Positions 1-12,454 of a stretch of DNA of 64,000 nt are shown here, piece after piece. The notes below the pieces were generated by a model that saw only the letters and a list, made by a program, of their open reading frames with translations, did not search any database and was not told the origin of the DNA. The position numbers and the translations under genes are program-made. Numbering within the stretch: position 1 is the first letter of the stretch; each line of letters opens with the position of its first letter. Source of the stretch: Azolla caroliniana. Its lineage: Eukaryota > Plantae > Polypodiophyta. The stretch is from the NCBI GenBank assembly GCA_043228905.1, contig JBHGNT010000020.1, forward strand, positions 5,270,001 to 5,334,000, written 5' to 3'.

Positions 1-270
1 TTCGCAACTCCTAGGACGTCAAGCCCCACCACCACCACCTGTGCAATTGACGACAGGGGAGGAATACGGGGTCTAACAATTGCTTGATTCGCATTGGCAC
101 CATCGACACTTGCAATACCTCGTCTTGTGGAGGGGTTACCCCATGTCTGACGCCACGTGGGAACCATCGGAAAATTTACAAAATGCCCCGGAGGTGGTCC
201 AAGATTTTGATCACCAATATTCCTACAAACCGGCGACCGATTTGCGAAGGTGGCGTAAGAGGGGGGATAA
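1..270 (+). pseudogene. 3' end of Tcn1-like chromovirus pol: integrase chromodomain plus polypurine tract
   Basis: Translation EEYGV*QLLDSHWHHRHLQYLVLWRGYPMSDATWEPSENLQNA is a group I chromodomain; PPT aagagggggga lies just before TG at 271. Confidence 0.85.
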
Positions 271-621
271 TGTTAAGATTCAAACTCTTGACATGACCAT
301 GTTATAATCAAGTATTACGGGTTACCCAACATATCTAGTATACAATTATGTATGCAATTGGTCCTTGTTGTTTTGGCTAGCATCATGTGCATAGTTGCTC
401 CCTTCTAGTATTTACACTTGGCACATGCATGCGTACCTACATGCTCTATTGTAGATTCACATGCATGCAACAAGTATGCATGCCGTGTAGTATAAATAGT
501 TGAGTTCACCTTGAAGGAATTCAAGGTGAACAACACCAATTACGAAGTCTTTCAGTTAATACTATTCATCCATTTGGTTATCCTCTTTCTTGTATCTTGA
601 GCTTATGATCTATCTGTGATA
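271..621 (+). mobile_element. LTR of Tcn1-like chromovirus (family 1), shared between upstream pol and downstream gag
   Basis: Starts tgttaag after the PPT; TATA at 491; ends gtgata (decayed CA); followed by a self-complementary PBS at 624-634 and gag ATG at 672. Confidence 0.7.
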
Positions 622-671
622 GTTTGTTCACCTTCCCATCCTCATAGCTCTCCCTCTCATAAGCCATAACT

Positions 672-2560
672 ATGTCTGACTCAGCAAATGACTTAAGTCA
701 GATAATGGTAGCCTTACCACAACTCCAGCTTGAAAATGAAGCTCTTCGAAATTCTTTACAAGAACTTCAAGTTAGTACCTCCCTATCCTCACAACCCCTG
801 AAGCCTAGTCTCCCACCGCAACCTAGCCTAGAGCCCGATCTTCTACTAACATCTGGCCTAGCTTCTTCACATTTTCTTGAGCCTAAGGTTAGCCTCCCAG
901 AAAAATTTGATGGAATGAGGTCGCGTTGTCGTAGTGTAATTCGCAAACTACATGAAAAATTACATTCTTAGTTCTCCGGATAGGATATGGTGTACCCAGT
1001 AAGGACCGAAACCAGTAAGGAGACCCGGCAAGAGCCGGATGAAGAAGGCTGGTGAGAGTTAGTGAGAAACGGACGAAGAGATCGGTAAGGAGGTTCCGGT
1101 AAGAACCGGATAAAGAAAACTAGCAAGCACCGGATGAAGAGACATATTTGTAAATAGAAGAAAGTATAAAAATATATATATTACATGCATAGGGCAGGAT
1201 TCGAACCCTATACCTCCATGTTAATAATGTTAAGCCTTATCATTATACTAGCGTATTATGAAATTTAAAGTTATACTAAACTTTATCCCATTTAAATTTC
1301 TAGACCTGCATGGTACAAAAATTTATTCATGCATAGACACTCGAGTTAAAAGAAAAGATGAGATAGAAAGCTAATCATGCACATGCAGTGTGCATGAAAA
1401 CTAAAGATAGGAAAAGCATGATGTTTGCATGTGATAAACTTAGACTCTTCCAACACTATATAAGGAAGAGAGAAAGATGTATAGAGGTTGTTGATTATTT
1501 TACAAGGGGATTAATATAATATAATCGTGGGATCCACGAGTTTGCTAACTATTTTTCTCTCTTAATTTGAGTACTCACTAATACAATATACTCGTGGGAT
1601 TCACGAGTTTTTCATATCTTTCTTTCTTACAATATATTTCATATTCTTAATTGCCTTAGAATTTTCTTTCCTCCTAGTCCAAAACCCCAGTGGTTCCCAC
1701 CCAACTCACGCAATGATCCGGAGCCGTAAGGCACGACAGCGTTTCCGAGGGTTCATCAACCAAATTTGACTTATCATTCGGCTACAATCTCAACATTATG
1801 CAGATGGTGTTCGACAAGTCGGCCTTGTGGGCACCCTTCTCTCCGGTCCGGCTCAAGCTTGGTTTGCACCATTCGTAGAAACTTCATCACCTCTATTGGA
1901 GAACTTTCCCGCCTTCCTTGCTGAGTTAGAGGTCACATTTGGTGAAACGGACCGGCGATGTACAACCATTAACAAGCTTTATGCACTCGAACAAGGTTCG
2001 CGTGCAGCTTCTGTCTATGCTTCAGAATTTCGACAACTAGCATGTGCCGTCAATTGAGATGATCAAGCTTTAGCTTATCACTTTCGGCAGAGCCTTCGAA
2101 GCAATGTCAATCTTTTCTTGAACTTTCCAGAGCCTACCTCATTATCCCATGAGATTTCACAAGCAGTCCATTGTGACAATCGTCTTTTCGAATTTCGCCA
2201 AGAAGAGCGTCAAACTTGGGTTCCACCTCATTCACTTCCACAACACACCCTGGTCGTACAACCCCAGGTATCCCTCCCACCGACTAGGTCACACTCCCCT
2301 ACTTTGGCAGATGCTCCCATCCCCATGGAAATTGATCAAGCTCGATTTCGGCCATTGACGGATGTCGAACGACAATTTCGGCGGCCTAATTGCTTGTGCA
2401 TGTATTGTGGTGCCTCTGGTCATGTCGTTCGCCATTGTCCTAGGGGTAATTGCCCACAATTCCATCGAGCTAATGGACCCCAACATCCAGAAAATGACAT
2501 CGTTCGGTTGCAGTAGGAGCCATGCAACTGGACATCTCTCGTCACCCACATTCTCTTGGT
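672..2560 (+). pseudogene. gag: Chromovirus gag (retrotransposon gag domain + CCHC knuckle), split by a solo LTR
   Basis: PEKFDGMRSR|FRGFINQ rejoins once 927-1742 is removed; LLSGPAQAWF, CMYCGASGHVVRHC; homologous to the gag ORF at 47240. Confidence 0.85.
927..1738 (+). mobile_element. Solo LTR (gypsy-type) with 4-bp TSD GCGT
   Basis: Termini tgtcgt...acgaca; gcgt at 923-926 and 1739-1742; TATA ~1456; removal restores the gag frame. Confidence 0.85.
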
Positions 2561-2569
2561 TCCATTGCT

Positions 2570-2948
2570 AGGACGAGAGCATCTGCCAAAGTAGGGGAGC
2601 GCGATGCAGTCGATGGGAGGGATACCTGGGGTTGTACAACCGGGGCATTTCATGGAAGTGAATGAGGTGGAACCCAAGTCCGGCACTCTTCTTGGTGAAA
2701 TTTGAAAAGACGATTGTCACAATGGATTGCTTGAGAAATCGCGTGGGATAACGAGGTGGGCTCCGGATAGTTCAAGAGAAGATTCTTGACATTTCTTCGA
2801 AGGCCCCACCAAAATTTATCAACTAAAGCTTGATCATCCCAATTGACATCACATTCTAGTTGTCGAAATTCTAAAGCATAGACAAAAGTTGCACGTGAAC
2901 CTTGTTTGAGTGCATAAAGCTTGTTAAGGGTTGTACGTCACCAGTCAT
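2570..2948 (-). pseudogene. gag: Inverted, diverged copy of gag segment ~1949-2322
   Basis: Reverse complement matches, e.g. gaaccttgtttgagtgcataaagcttgtt vs aacaagctttatgcactcgaacaaggttc. Confidence 0.8.
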
Positions 2949-5083
2949 GGACACATCAATATAGTATTCTCGTTTCGCCCCATCTTGTCTCCTTCAGTTT
3001 GATCTCTTTCTTCCTCGTCACTTCTAGCTCCAAGTTCACAGCCCGTTGTTCATAGTCCCATCATCCATGCTCCATCCTAGTCCACGCCTGGTGTGTCAGT
3101 GACAATTTGAATCCCTTCCAACTAGAAGCACCACCTCTCTTCATCGTCGCCTTTGCTTCTAGAGTTACCATCATCACCGTCCTTGCTTCCGGAGTTACTG
3201 TCATCAACATCCTTGTCTTCGATGTCATCATTTTCAACACCTCTTCTCCCAACCATCGTTGTCATCAACACTACTTGTCATCATTTTAAGATATAATTTT
3301 ACATCACGGTTTTGGTGAGGAGTGCTTTCGATCGCTCACCTTCCCAGTTCCGGTGGGGGTCACAACCGCTCACTTTCCTCGTGGGGATGGGATCATTGCT
3401 CACTTGCACTACATTTTCGTTATAGTTCAAGTCTCGTGCCCCTTTTTGTTGGCAAGGACCGATTTCGATCGCTCACCTTCTAGTTTCGATGGGGTCACAA
3501 CCGCTCACTTTCCTGGTGGGGATCGCATGGGTTTCTCGCTAGCGCTACCGTTTGTGTTGTGTCTTGAGTCAACTTCGACTATTTACCCTCTCATAATAGA
3601 AGAAGTCGAGTCGACCGCTTGACTTGCACTCCTTCGCCCGTTATAGTTCCAGTTCTCAGTGAGGGCCACGTGGTCACTCATGTCCATTCGTGTTCAGTTC
3701 TCGGTGAGGGCCACGTGGTCGCTCACGTCTGTTCATGTTTAGTTCTCAGTGAGGGCCACATGGTCGCTCACGTCTGTTCGTGTTCCAGTTCTCGGTGAGG
3801 GCCGCATGGTCACTCACGCCCATTTGTGTTTTCGATGAGGACCGGACATGGTCGCTCACGTTCCAGTTCCCGATGAGGGCCACACATGGTCGCTCACGTC
3901 CGTTCTTGTTCTAGTTTTTGGTGAGGGCCGCATGGTTGCTCAAGTCTGTTCGTGTTCCAGTTGTTGTTGGTGTTCGTGTTCCAACTCTCGGCGAGGACCG
4001 ACATGGTCTCTCATGCTCGTTGGTGTTCGTGCTCCCCGTGAGGACCGCACATGTTCGTTCACTCCAATTATTGTTCCTTTTCCAGATCCAGGCGAGGACC
4101 GACATGGTCACTCATGCCTGTTGATGTTCATGTTCCAGTTTCTGGTGAGGATCACAAATGGTCGCTCACGCCCATTTGTGGTCGTGTTCCAACTCTCAAC
4201 GAGAACCGACATGGTCTCTCATGCCCATTGGTGTTTGTGTTCCCTGTGAGGACCACACATGTTCACTCACACCCGTTGGTATTCGTGTTCCAGTTCCCGA
4301 AGAGGACCGCAAATAGTCATTAATGCACATTAGTGTTCGTGCTCCCTGTGAGGACTACACATGGTCGGTCACGCCCGTTGGTATTCGTGTTCCAGTCCTG
4401 GGCGAGGACCGCACATGGTCGCTCATGCCCGTTGGTGTTCAATACCTCGTCTTCTGGAAGGGTTACTCCTTGTATAGGATTTAGAACATACTTTGGAGGT
4501 GGTCGAAGATTTTGATAAACAATACTCTGACTTTTAACACACACAATACATTATGTTGTGTTAACCATATGGAAACTCTTGGAAACTGTCCACATTCGAT
4601 TGTGAACTTGTATATATTGTAGAGTCTAGTGTATAGTATATTCGAGAATATTCTAGTTGTTAGTATATTCTAGAATTATTCTGTGGTATATTCAAAACAG
4701 GTATATTCTTGAGATATTTCTCGAGTATATTCTATTCATTCTCGGAAATTGTATAAATACTTATAACATCCTTGGTCCTTTCAAGGGATTTAACACCAGT
4801 CATTGAACCATCAATCTAGTATTCTCGTTTCACCTCATCTTTGTCTCCTTGATCTTTATTTTTATCTTCATGCCCTCATGTCGCTCACAACATCTAGAGT
4901 TCCTAGCCTCGTCACATCTAGCTAAAAGTTCATCCATCACACATAGCCCCATCATTTGTGCCGTCATGTTGCGCACAACATCTAGAGTTCCTAGCCTTGT
5001 CACATCTAGCTCCAAGTTCATCCGTCGCTCGTAGCCCAATCATCTATGCTCCATCCTGGTCCACGCTTGGTGTGTCCATGACA
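2949..5083 (+). mobile_element. Non-autonomous chromovirus-type LTR element (partial 5' LTR to 3104, non-coding interior, 3' LTR ~4471-5083)
   Basis: 2955-3104 matches 4810-5083 and both end in tgaca; self-priming PBS at 3107-3117; no credible coding domain inside. Confidence 0.65.
3640..4441 (+). repeat. Degenerate minisatellite, ~40-65 bp units with core gaggrccg(ca)catggtcgctcaygcc
   Basis: More than a dozen recurrences of the core, separated by gttcgt/gttcca-type linkers. Confidence 0.85.
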
Positions 5084-5720
5084 GTCACTACCTTCTTGTC
5101 GACTAAGTCTCATAGCCTGTAGCCGAACTCATCTTCCGAGTATCCCATGAATATGCATGGCTTCGACTTACTATCGAGCTTCAACCTCTTATCCTTAGGC
5201 ACATGCATATACGGTAAACATCCAAACACCCTCAAGTGTTGGTACGAGACATCCTTACCTATCCACACCCTCTATGGGACATCACCCTTCAATGGCATCG
5301 AGGGGGACCTATTGATAAGATAAAAAACTATGTATATCGCCTCAACCCAGTATATTTTTGGCAGTTTAGAATGCAACAACATGCTCCTTACTCTCTCCAT
5401 GATTGTTCAATTCATCCTTTCTGCAAGCCCATTCAACTCAGGGGTCTTCAGCACTGCGTATTTGATTTGAATACCTTGGGCCTTGCAGTACTCTTCAATT
5501 TGCACTCTATATTCGCCACCATTGTCGGTTCAAATAGCTTTCAATTTCTGTCCTGACTCCCATTCGGCTCCTGCTTGGAACTCCTTGAAGAACAACAATA
5601 CTTGGTCTTTTGACTTTAGTATGAAAGCCCACAGCATCCAATTGTAGTCATCGATAAAAGTCACAATGTACTGTCCGCCTCGATGCGACAGAGCATCCAC
5701 ATAACACACATCCATGTGTA
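5084..5720 (-). pseudogene. Ty1/copia integrase core fragment
   Basis: HMDVCYVDALSHRGGQYIVTFIDDY...KSKDQVL; homologous to 29792-30064. Confidence 0.85.
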
Positions 5721-5721
5721 A

Positions 5722-6060
5722 CATGAGGGTGAAAATTAGAATTTAAAAAACAAAGGCGTACAACATAAAATTTCAAAAACACGAAGGTACAAAAACTCAA
5801 CTCAGATGAAGGAAATGATACACATACACACAACGTGATTTTATGACCCATGCCACAGTGGACGAACCGATTGGTGTGTGATCCAATCGTGAGATGTGCT
5901 GAACAAACGAGAAGGTTCAGGTTAAGCAAGCTCTAATCGAAATTATCGATCGTAGAGCAGTGATCCAGTCGAGGAATTTCTGACCGATGAGACGGCTGAT
6001 GGAGTTCCAGTTGAGAAGAGTTGCCATGGCGAGAGCGTTCACCGTGCGATGCACTATCCC
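5722..6060. repeat. Dispersed repeat, second copy at ~55550-56021; possible DNA-transposon (MULE-like) terminus
   Basis: Strong similarity between copies; both end gtgc.atgcactRtccc and are preceded by aaatttcaaaa/aagggcac subrepeats. Confidence 0.5.
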
Positions 6061-6066
6061 ACAATG

Positions 6067-6511
6067 TGTTACCCGTAGGAGTGTACGGGGTGGTCTAAGT
6101 AAGGGTGGAACACAATAATGTGGTTGATGTGTATGTGTAATGTATGTTAATGTGTGAGGATGAGTATGTGTATGAACGAACACGTGCATATTTATGTGCA
6201 TGTGGCATGTGTAACGGTCATATTATGTCACCATTACATTTTGTGTTGGGAAAATCGGCCTCTCCGGATGGGATCCGGTGATAAATAAAGAGGACCCGGT
6301 GAGAACCGAAAGATATCCGAAAACCGGAGGAGACCCGGTGAGAACCGGAAGAGAAGACATATTTGTAAATATGTCTTAAATAAGCCCATTGAGGCTATAT
6401 TTGTAAATAGCCCTAAGTTCATATAACTATAAATATGACTTAGGGCAATCACTTTAGAAAAGTGTGTGAGAGTGTTTTTTTTTGTGTGGTTGTCATATTT
6501 TGTAACTATTG

Positions 6512-6564
<53 letters not shown>

Positions 6565-9500
6565 CGATAGTCTGTCGTAACCGCCACTGTGTGAAGAAAC
6601 AGAGCTCAAGGTCGTTGCCTCTGAGTCTCTGATTGCACACCTTTCTCTTCATAGTGATAGTTCGGAGTCTGTGGGCTCCTGTGGTTTTTCCCTATTAGGG
6701 TTTTCCATGTGAACATCCTATGTCAGTTTTCCTTGTGTACTCTCCATTTCCCATTTCTATGTTTGATTCTTACTACTCGGTTGTGGCCGAGCGATATTCC
6801 GCGCATTTCTTCACAAACTGGTATCAGAGCGAACAACATAGAAAATGGAAGAATTTTTCGGCAGCTTGTTCAAGCTCACCGGCTCCAACTACTCAGTGTG
6901 GAAGTTGAAGATGAGGGACATGCTGGTGGTTAAAGATCTTTTGTTGCTGGTTCAGTTCGGTCCAGTATAGCGAAGCACATGAATGCCTTCTAGGGGTTGA
7001 TACACCAAGCAACCTCGTTGGAAGTACCTCTCGCCGATGAGGTACTTGCTCTACTCCTGCTCTGTTCCCTCCCAGATAGCTGGGAGACGTTAGTTGTCAC
7101 GTTGGGCAACTTCGGGCTGGAAGGAAAACAGCTATCCCTAGCAAGGGTCAAGTCGAGCTTGCTAGATGAGGAGGCGTGTCGGAAAGACAAGGAGGTAATA
7201 TCTGATGCCAAAGCCCTCCTTACCGAATCAGAACGTGGAAGACAAAGGACTCAGAGTCCCAAGAACCGGGAAAACTTGGGGACACGGTCAAAGTCAAGGG
7301 GGAGGCCCACTTGCTTCTATTGCTGCAAGCTGGGGCACTTCCAGAAGAACCGTCGACATTTCCAGAAGGACAAGGGAACCGGCAATAACAATTCGAAGAA
7401 GTCACCGAACTGAAATGGTTCGGATCGGTGAGGCCCGGACTAAAAGGGAACGACGGCGATTGCGGCAAGTGAAGAAGAACTAATGCTTATCACTGAGGAG
7501 AGTGAGTTGAACCTTGCTGTCAACGAGACAACGTGGGTTGTTGATTCCGGAGTGTCGATCCACCTTACCCTGGACCAGAAATGTTTCCCATCCTACACAG
7601 CCGGTGAGCACGGATGTGTCCGGATGGGGAATGAAGGGACATGCCGAATTATCGGCATAGGAGATGTGTTGTTGACGACATCAACCGGATGCAAGTTGCT
7701 GTTGAAGGATGTCTAACATGTTCTGGAGGTTCGACTAAACTTGATATCAGCCGATTGGCTAGATGATGAAGGCTACACAGGTAGCATCCGGAACAGTGTC
7801 ATGAAGTTCTCCAAAGGGAGCCTAATAGCTCGAGCCCGGAAGGTCAACACATTGTACTTGATGAATGCTCGGATATGCTGGGGAGAAGTGAACGTAGCAT
7901 TCGACACTACCGGTGACCTGTGGCACAAAAAACTGTGTCACATGAGTGAGAAGGGGATGAAGAGGCTTGCCAAAGACAACCTCATTCCAGTGAAGCATGC
8001 GCAACTCTAGAAGTGCACCGACTGCCTGGCCGGCAAGCAAAACCGCACCTCCTTCTTGTCAAGACCACCAATGAGACAGAATGCACCACTGGAGCTGGTG
8101 CATACTGATGTGTCTCAATTTGACACAAAGTCACATGCTAGATCACAGTACTTTGTGACGTTCATAGATGACCATAACCAGAAGCTGTGGGTCTCACCGT
8201 TGAAGACGAAGGATCAAGTGCTAACGGTCTTCAAGGAACTCCACGCGAGAGTGGAAAGAGAAACCGGCCGGAAGCTGAAGGCGGTTCGAGCGGACAACTG
8301 AGGAGAATACCGGGGGCAGTTTGAGGAGTACTGCCGGTTAAACGAAATCTAGCTCAAATTAACCTTGCCGAAGACGCCGGAACGAAACAGGTTGGCCGAA
8401 AGGATGAACCGGACCATAATGGAGAGAGTCTGGAGCATGCTTGCACATGCAAAGTTACCCAAGACGTTTTGAGCTGAGGAGCTGACGACAGTGACCTATG
8501 TGATAAACAGATCACCCTCAGTACCCTTGGACGGAGACTCACCGTAGAAAGTATGGACCGGTAAGGATGTGTCTTACCGGCATCTGAAGGTGTTCGGGTG
8601 TCTTGCATACGTGCATGTGGCAAAGGACAAGAGAGCAAAGCTAGATCCGAAGTCCTGGCCATGCATATTCCTTGGATACGGCAATGATGAGTTCGGTTAC
8701 CGGCTGTGGGATCTGGTCGATAGAAAGGTGCTCCGGATTTGGGACATAGTCTTCATGGGAGACAAGACCATTGCCAATTGGGATTGAGAGAAGAAGGTGA
8801 TGAACTCTGGATCATCCATTGAAAACCGGCCTGAGGACAAAAGGATATACCCGGTTGAAAACCGGATGACACTCGACAAACCGGCCAGATACGGACAGGA
8901 AACTGAACCGACCGAAGAAGAAGAAGAAGACACCAGAACCGGGCAAGATCCCGAATCGGATTCGGATTCGGAACAAATAGAGGAATCGGAAGTCAGAAAC
9001 CAAGGATGGAGATATCCTATTCGGGAGAGAAGAGCCCCCCGAAGATTTCTGGATGCAGAACATGTGTTGCTAACCGATGAGGGGGAGCCGAAGCAAGGGG
9101 AGACATCCACAACTACAAGTGGTTGAGTGCCATGCAGGATGAGATGGATTCCCTGCATGAGAACCACACATACGAATTGGTGGAGTTGCCGAAAGGAAAG
9201 AGGGCACTTCGGAACAAGTGGGTGTACAAGCTGAAACCGGGGGACACCGGAAATCCACCAAGGTATAAGGCCCGAATCGTGGTGAAGGGCTTCTTGCAGA
9301 AGAAAGGAGTGGATTTCAATGAGATCTTTGCCCCGGTAGTAAAGATGATATCCATCCAGACGGTCTTGGGCATTGCGGCAAGCATGGACCTCGAGGTAGA
9401 GCAAATGGATGTCAAGACGACATTCCTACACATGGACCTCGAAGAAGAGATCTACTTGCATCAACTAGAAGGATTTGAGAAGAAAGGGGAGGAGCACCTA

Positions 9501-10883
9501 GTGTGGCGGCTAAAGAAGAGCTTATACGGACTGAAGCAAGCTCCCCAGCAATGGTACCGGAAGTTTGACTCCTTCATGACCGATCAAGGGTACCACAAGA
9601 TGCAGGCCGATCACTACGTGTTTGTGAAGAAATTTGATGGAGAAGATTTCTTGATATTGCTCTTGTATGTGGATGACATGTTGATCGTCAGATGAGACCA
9701 AGTCAAGATACGGATGTTGAAGAAGGCCCTCGACCGAACCTTCTCAATGAAAGACTTGGGTCTGCCAAGACAGATACTAGGGATGCACATCATCGGGACC
9801 GGTCGAAGAAGCAATTGTGGCTGTCACAGGAAAAGTACATGAAAAAGGTGCTTCAGCGGTTTAACATGTCAGAAGCAAAACCGGTCGGATCGACACTCCC
9901 AGCAAACTGCAGATTATCAGGTAAGCAAAGACCGAAGACAAAGGCAGAGAAGGTGGATATGATGAAGATTCCATATGCCTCTGCGGTCGGGAGCTTGATG
10001 TACGCAATGGTGTGTACTCGACCAGATATTGGATACGCAGTTGGAGTGGTGAGTCGATTCATGACCAACCCCGGAAAAGAACACTAGAATGTAGTAAAAT
10101 GGATACTCCGGTACTTGAAGGGCACTTCGAGTATGTGCCATCGATTCAGATATGTCTGCTGATATGGACACTAGCCGGTCTACATCCGGATATGTAATAA
10201 CTTATGCAGGGGGAGCCGTTTCGTGGCAGTTGAGGCTGCAGAAGACGGTTGCATTGTCAACCACGGAGGCAGAGTACATGGCAGCCATGGAAGCCGGCAA
10301 GGAAATATTATGGATGAAGAACTTCATCGGAGAGCTAGGGATCCGGCAAAAGGAATATCAGCTCTACTGCAATAGTCAAAGTGCCATCCACCTTGCAAAA
10401 AACGCAACATACCATTCCAGAACGAAGCACATCCAGTGCAGGTACCATTGGATCCGGGAGCGAGTTGAAGATTGAGAGTTTGTGCTGACAAAGATCCACA
10501 CAAAGGAGAACGGGTCGGATATGATGGCCAAGGTGCTAACACCTGACAAGTTGGATGCATGCTGAAAGCGGATCGGACTTACAAGACATCCCATACCGGA
10601 GTGAAGGGGGAGATGGTTGGGAAAATTGGTCTCTTCGGATGGGATCCGGTGATGAATAAAGAGGACCCGATGAGAACCGGAAGAGATCCGGAAACCGGAG
10701 GAGACCCGGTGAGAACCGGAAGAGAAGACAAATTTGTAAATATGTCTTGAATAAGCCCATTGAGGCTATATTTGTAAATAGCCCTAAGTTCATATAACTA
10801 TAAATATGACTTAGGGCAATCACTTTAGAAAAGTGTTTGAGAGTGTTTTTTTTTGTGTGGTTGTCATATTGTTGTAATTGTTG

Positions 10884-10929
<46 letters not shown>

Positions 10930-11381
10930 TACTCTGTCGTAACCGCCACTGTGCGAAGAAACAAAGCTCGAGGTTGTTGCCTTTCTCTTCATAGTGATAG
11001 TTGCCTTTCTCTGACTATACACCTTTCTCTTCATAGTGATAGTTCGGAGTCTGTGAGCTCCCGTGGTTTTTCCCTATTAGGGTTTTTCATGTGAACATCC
11101 TGTGACATTTTTCCTTGTGTACTCTCCACTTCCCATTTCTGTGTTTGATTCTTACAGAAGTGTTTTCACTACTCGGTTGTGGCCAAGCAATATTCCGCGC
11201 ATTTCTTCACATTTTGATGTACTATATAAACCCCTTATGGGCATGTAATGCAAGTTACATTTTTTCCCTCTCACATTTTGGGTCATTACATTTTTCCCTC
11301 TTTCTTTCTCTTTTCCTCAAATGTAACCCCCTTGGGAGGAGGGTGGAGCCATTATTGGCTTCACCCCTCCACCCATTAACA
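6067..11381 (+). mobile_element. LTR-like sequence (6067-6243 + 11217-11381) split by the copia insertion
   Basis: tgtta...taaca termini, TATA at ~11224, continuous across the TTTTG TSD; no TSD found for this LTR itself. Confidence 0.45.
6244..11211 (+). mobile_element. Near full-length decayed Ty1/copia element (LTRs 6244-6815 and ~10615-11211)
   Basis: TSD TTTTG; PBS tggtatcagagc (tRNA-iMet) 6819-6830; gag CCHC, PR WVVDSG, IN HTDV, RT YVDDML, RNase H in copia order; PPT ggagtgaagggggaga; many stops. Confidence 0.95.
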
Positions 11382-12454
11382 ATTTCCATCTTCATCACTA
11401 TCATAATCATCAACCCTAACCCTAATCCAATAACACTTCTTATCATCATCAATCATCATCATCCTTAACCCAAACCCAACAACACTTCTTTTGGCGACCA
11501 CAACGATGAACCCCCTATGGAGACAAAGTCGAAGATTGATACGTGATAAAGAAATGGAATCGAGAAAGAGTGAGAAAAGGTGATTTTTTGCGAGAAATGG
11601 CGACAATGTGTGACTATGCGAGAAATGGGAGCGGGAAATGGCAGATTGATTGCCTACACACTTTTGCTGCGAACTAAGGTCTATTTGACTGTGTTGGTCT
11701 GTGTTAGGTCTATTTTGCATGGATCTTATCGCAAAAGAGAAGAAAGAAAAGAGACGATGGCGCCAACAAAAATGAATGTATGTCCAAGAAGAAGAAGAAG
11801 GTCCATATCCATTATGCAAAATAGAATTAAATGGTGGTAAGGCAGCCACGCTAGGCCATCACAATCTGTTGAATGAATGAATCTGAATGGTGAGTGAGTA
11901 ATGGGTGGAGGGACGAACTACTGGAAGGACGGAAAGAAAGACGAATGGACCACCAAAAAGATAGAGATGAAGAAATGACGGAAAGACACGAGACCAGAGA
12001 TGGAGACATAGACACAAGACGCACAGAGAATTGTTGCCAACAACGATGACAATGATGTCAATGACAACCAAGAAGAAGGAGAAGGAGAAGAAGGCAAGTG
12101 AGGGGATTTGCAAATCATGCAGAAGACCTCTACACCAAGACGAGAAGTTATTTGATAATTGATTTCAGCTCAAGCAATATTAAGAAGCGGAATGAATCGA
12201 ATGAGGAAGGAAGGGAAATGATGGAGGCACCATTTTTAGGGCGCTCCAGAAGTCGATGGCAGCACTATTGTTCAGTCTGCTGCAAGAGACGGTCAGACAG
12301 ATGGATGATTGGAAAGCCAAGTGTTGAATGGAGACAAGACCAAATAGCGACGGAGACAAAGACAGAAACGAATGGACAATCAATGGCTGAATGGAGTGGG
12401 GACATGCAAAGAACTATGGAGAGGGAGATAGACAGAGAGACTGACACAACCAAG

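Noticed and set aside
3640-4441. CRISPR-like array of a conserved core with variable linkers
   Set aside because: Linkers are themselves repetitive rather than unique spacers; eukaryotic TE context; no cas genes
6514-6560. SLSLSL/ERERER ORFs suggesting repeat proteins
   Set aside because: Translations of (GA)n microsatellites inside LTRs (also ~10888, ~14733, ~28005, ~44013)
11382-12454. Possible host gene or telomeric repeat (aaccctaaccctaa) in a low-complexity region
   Set aside because: Only about two repeat units; ORFs are compositionally biased with no recognisable domain; left unannotated
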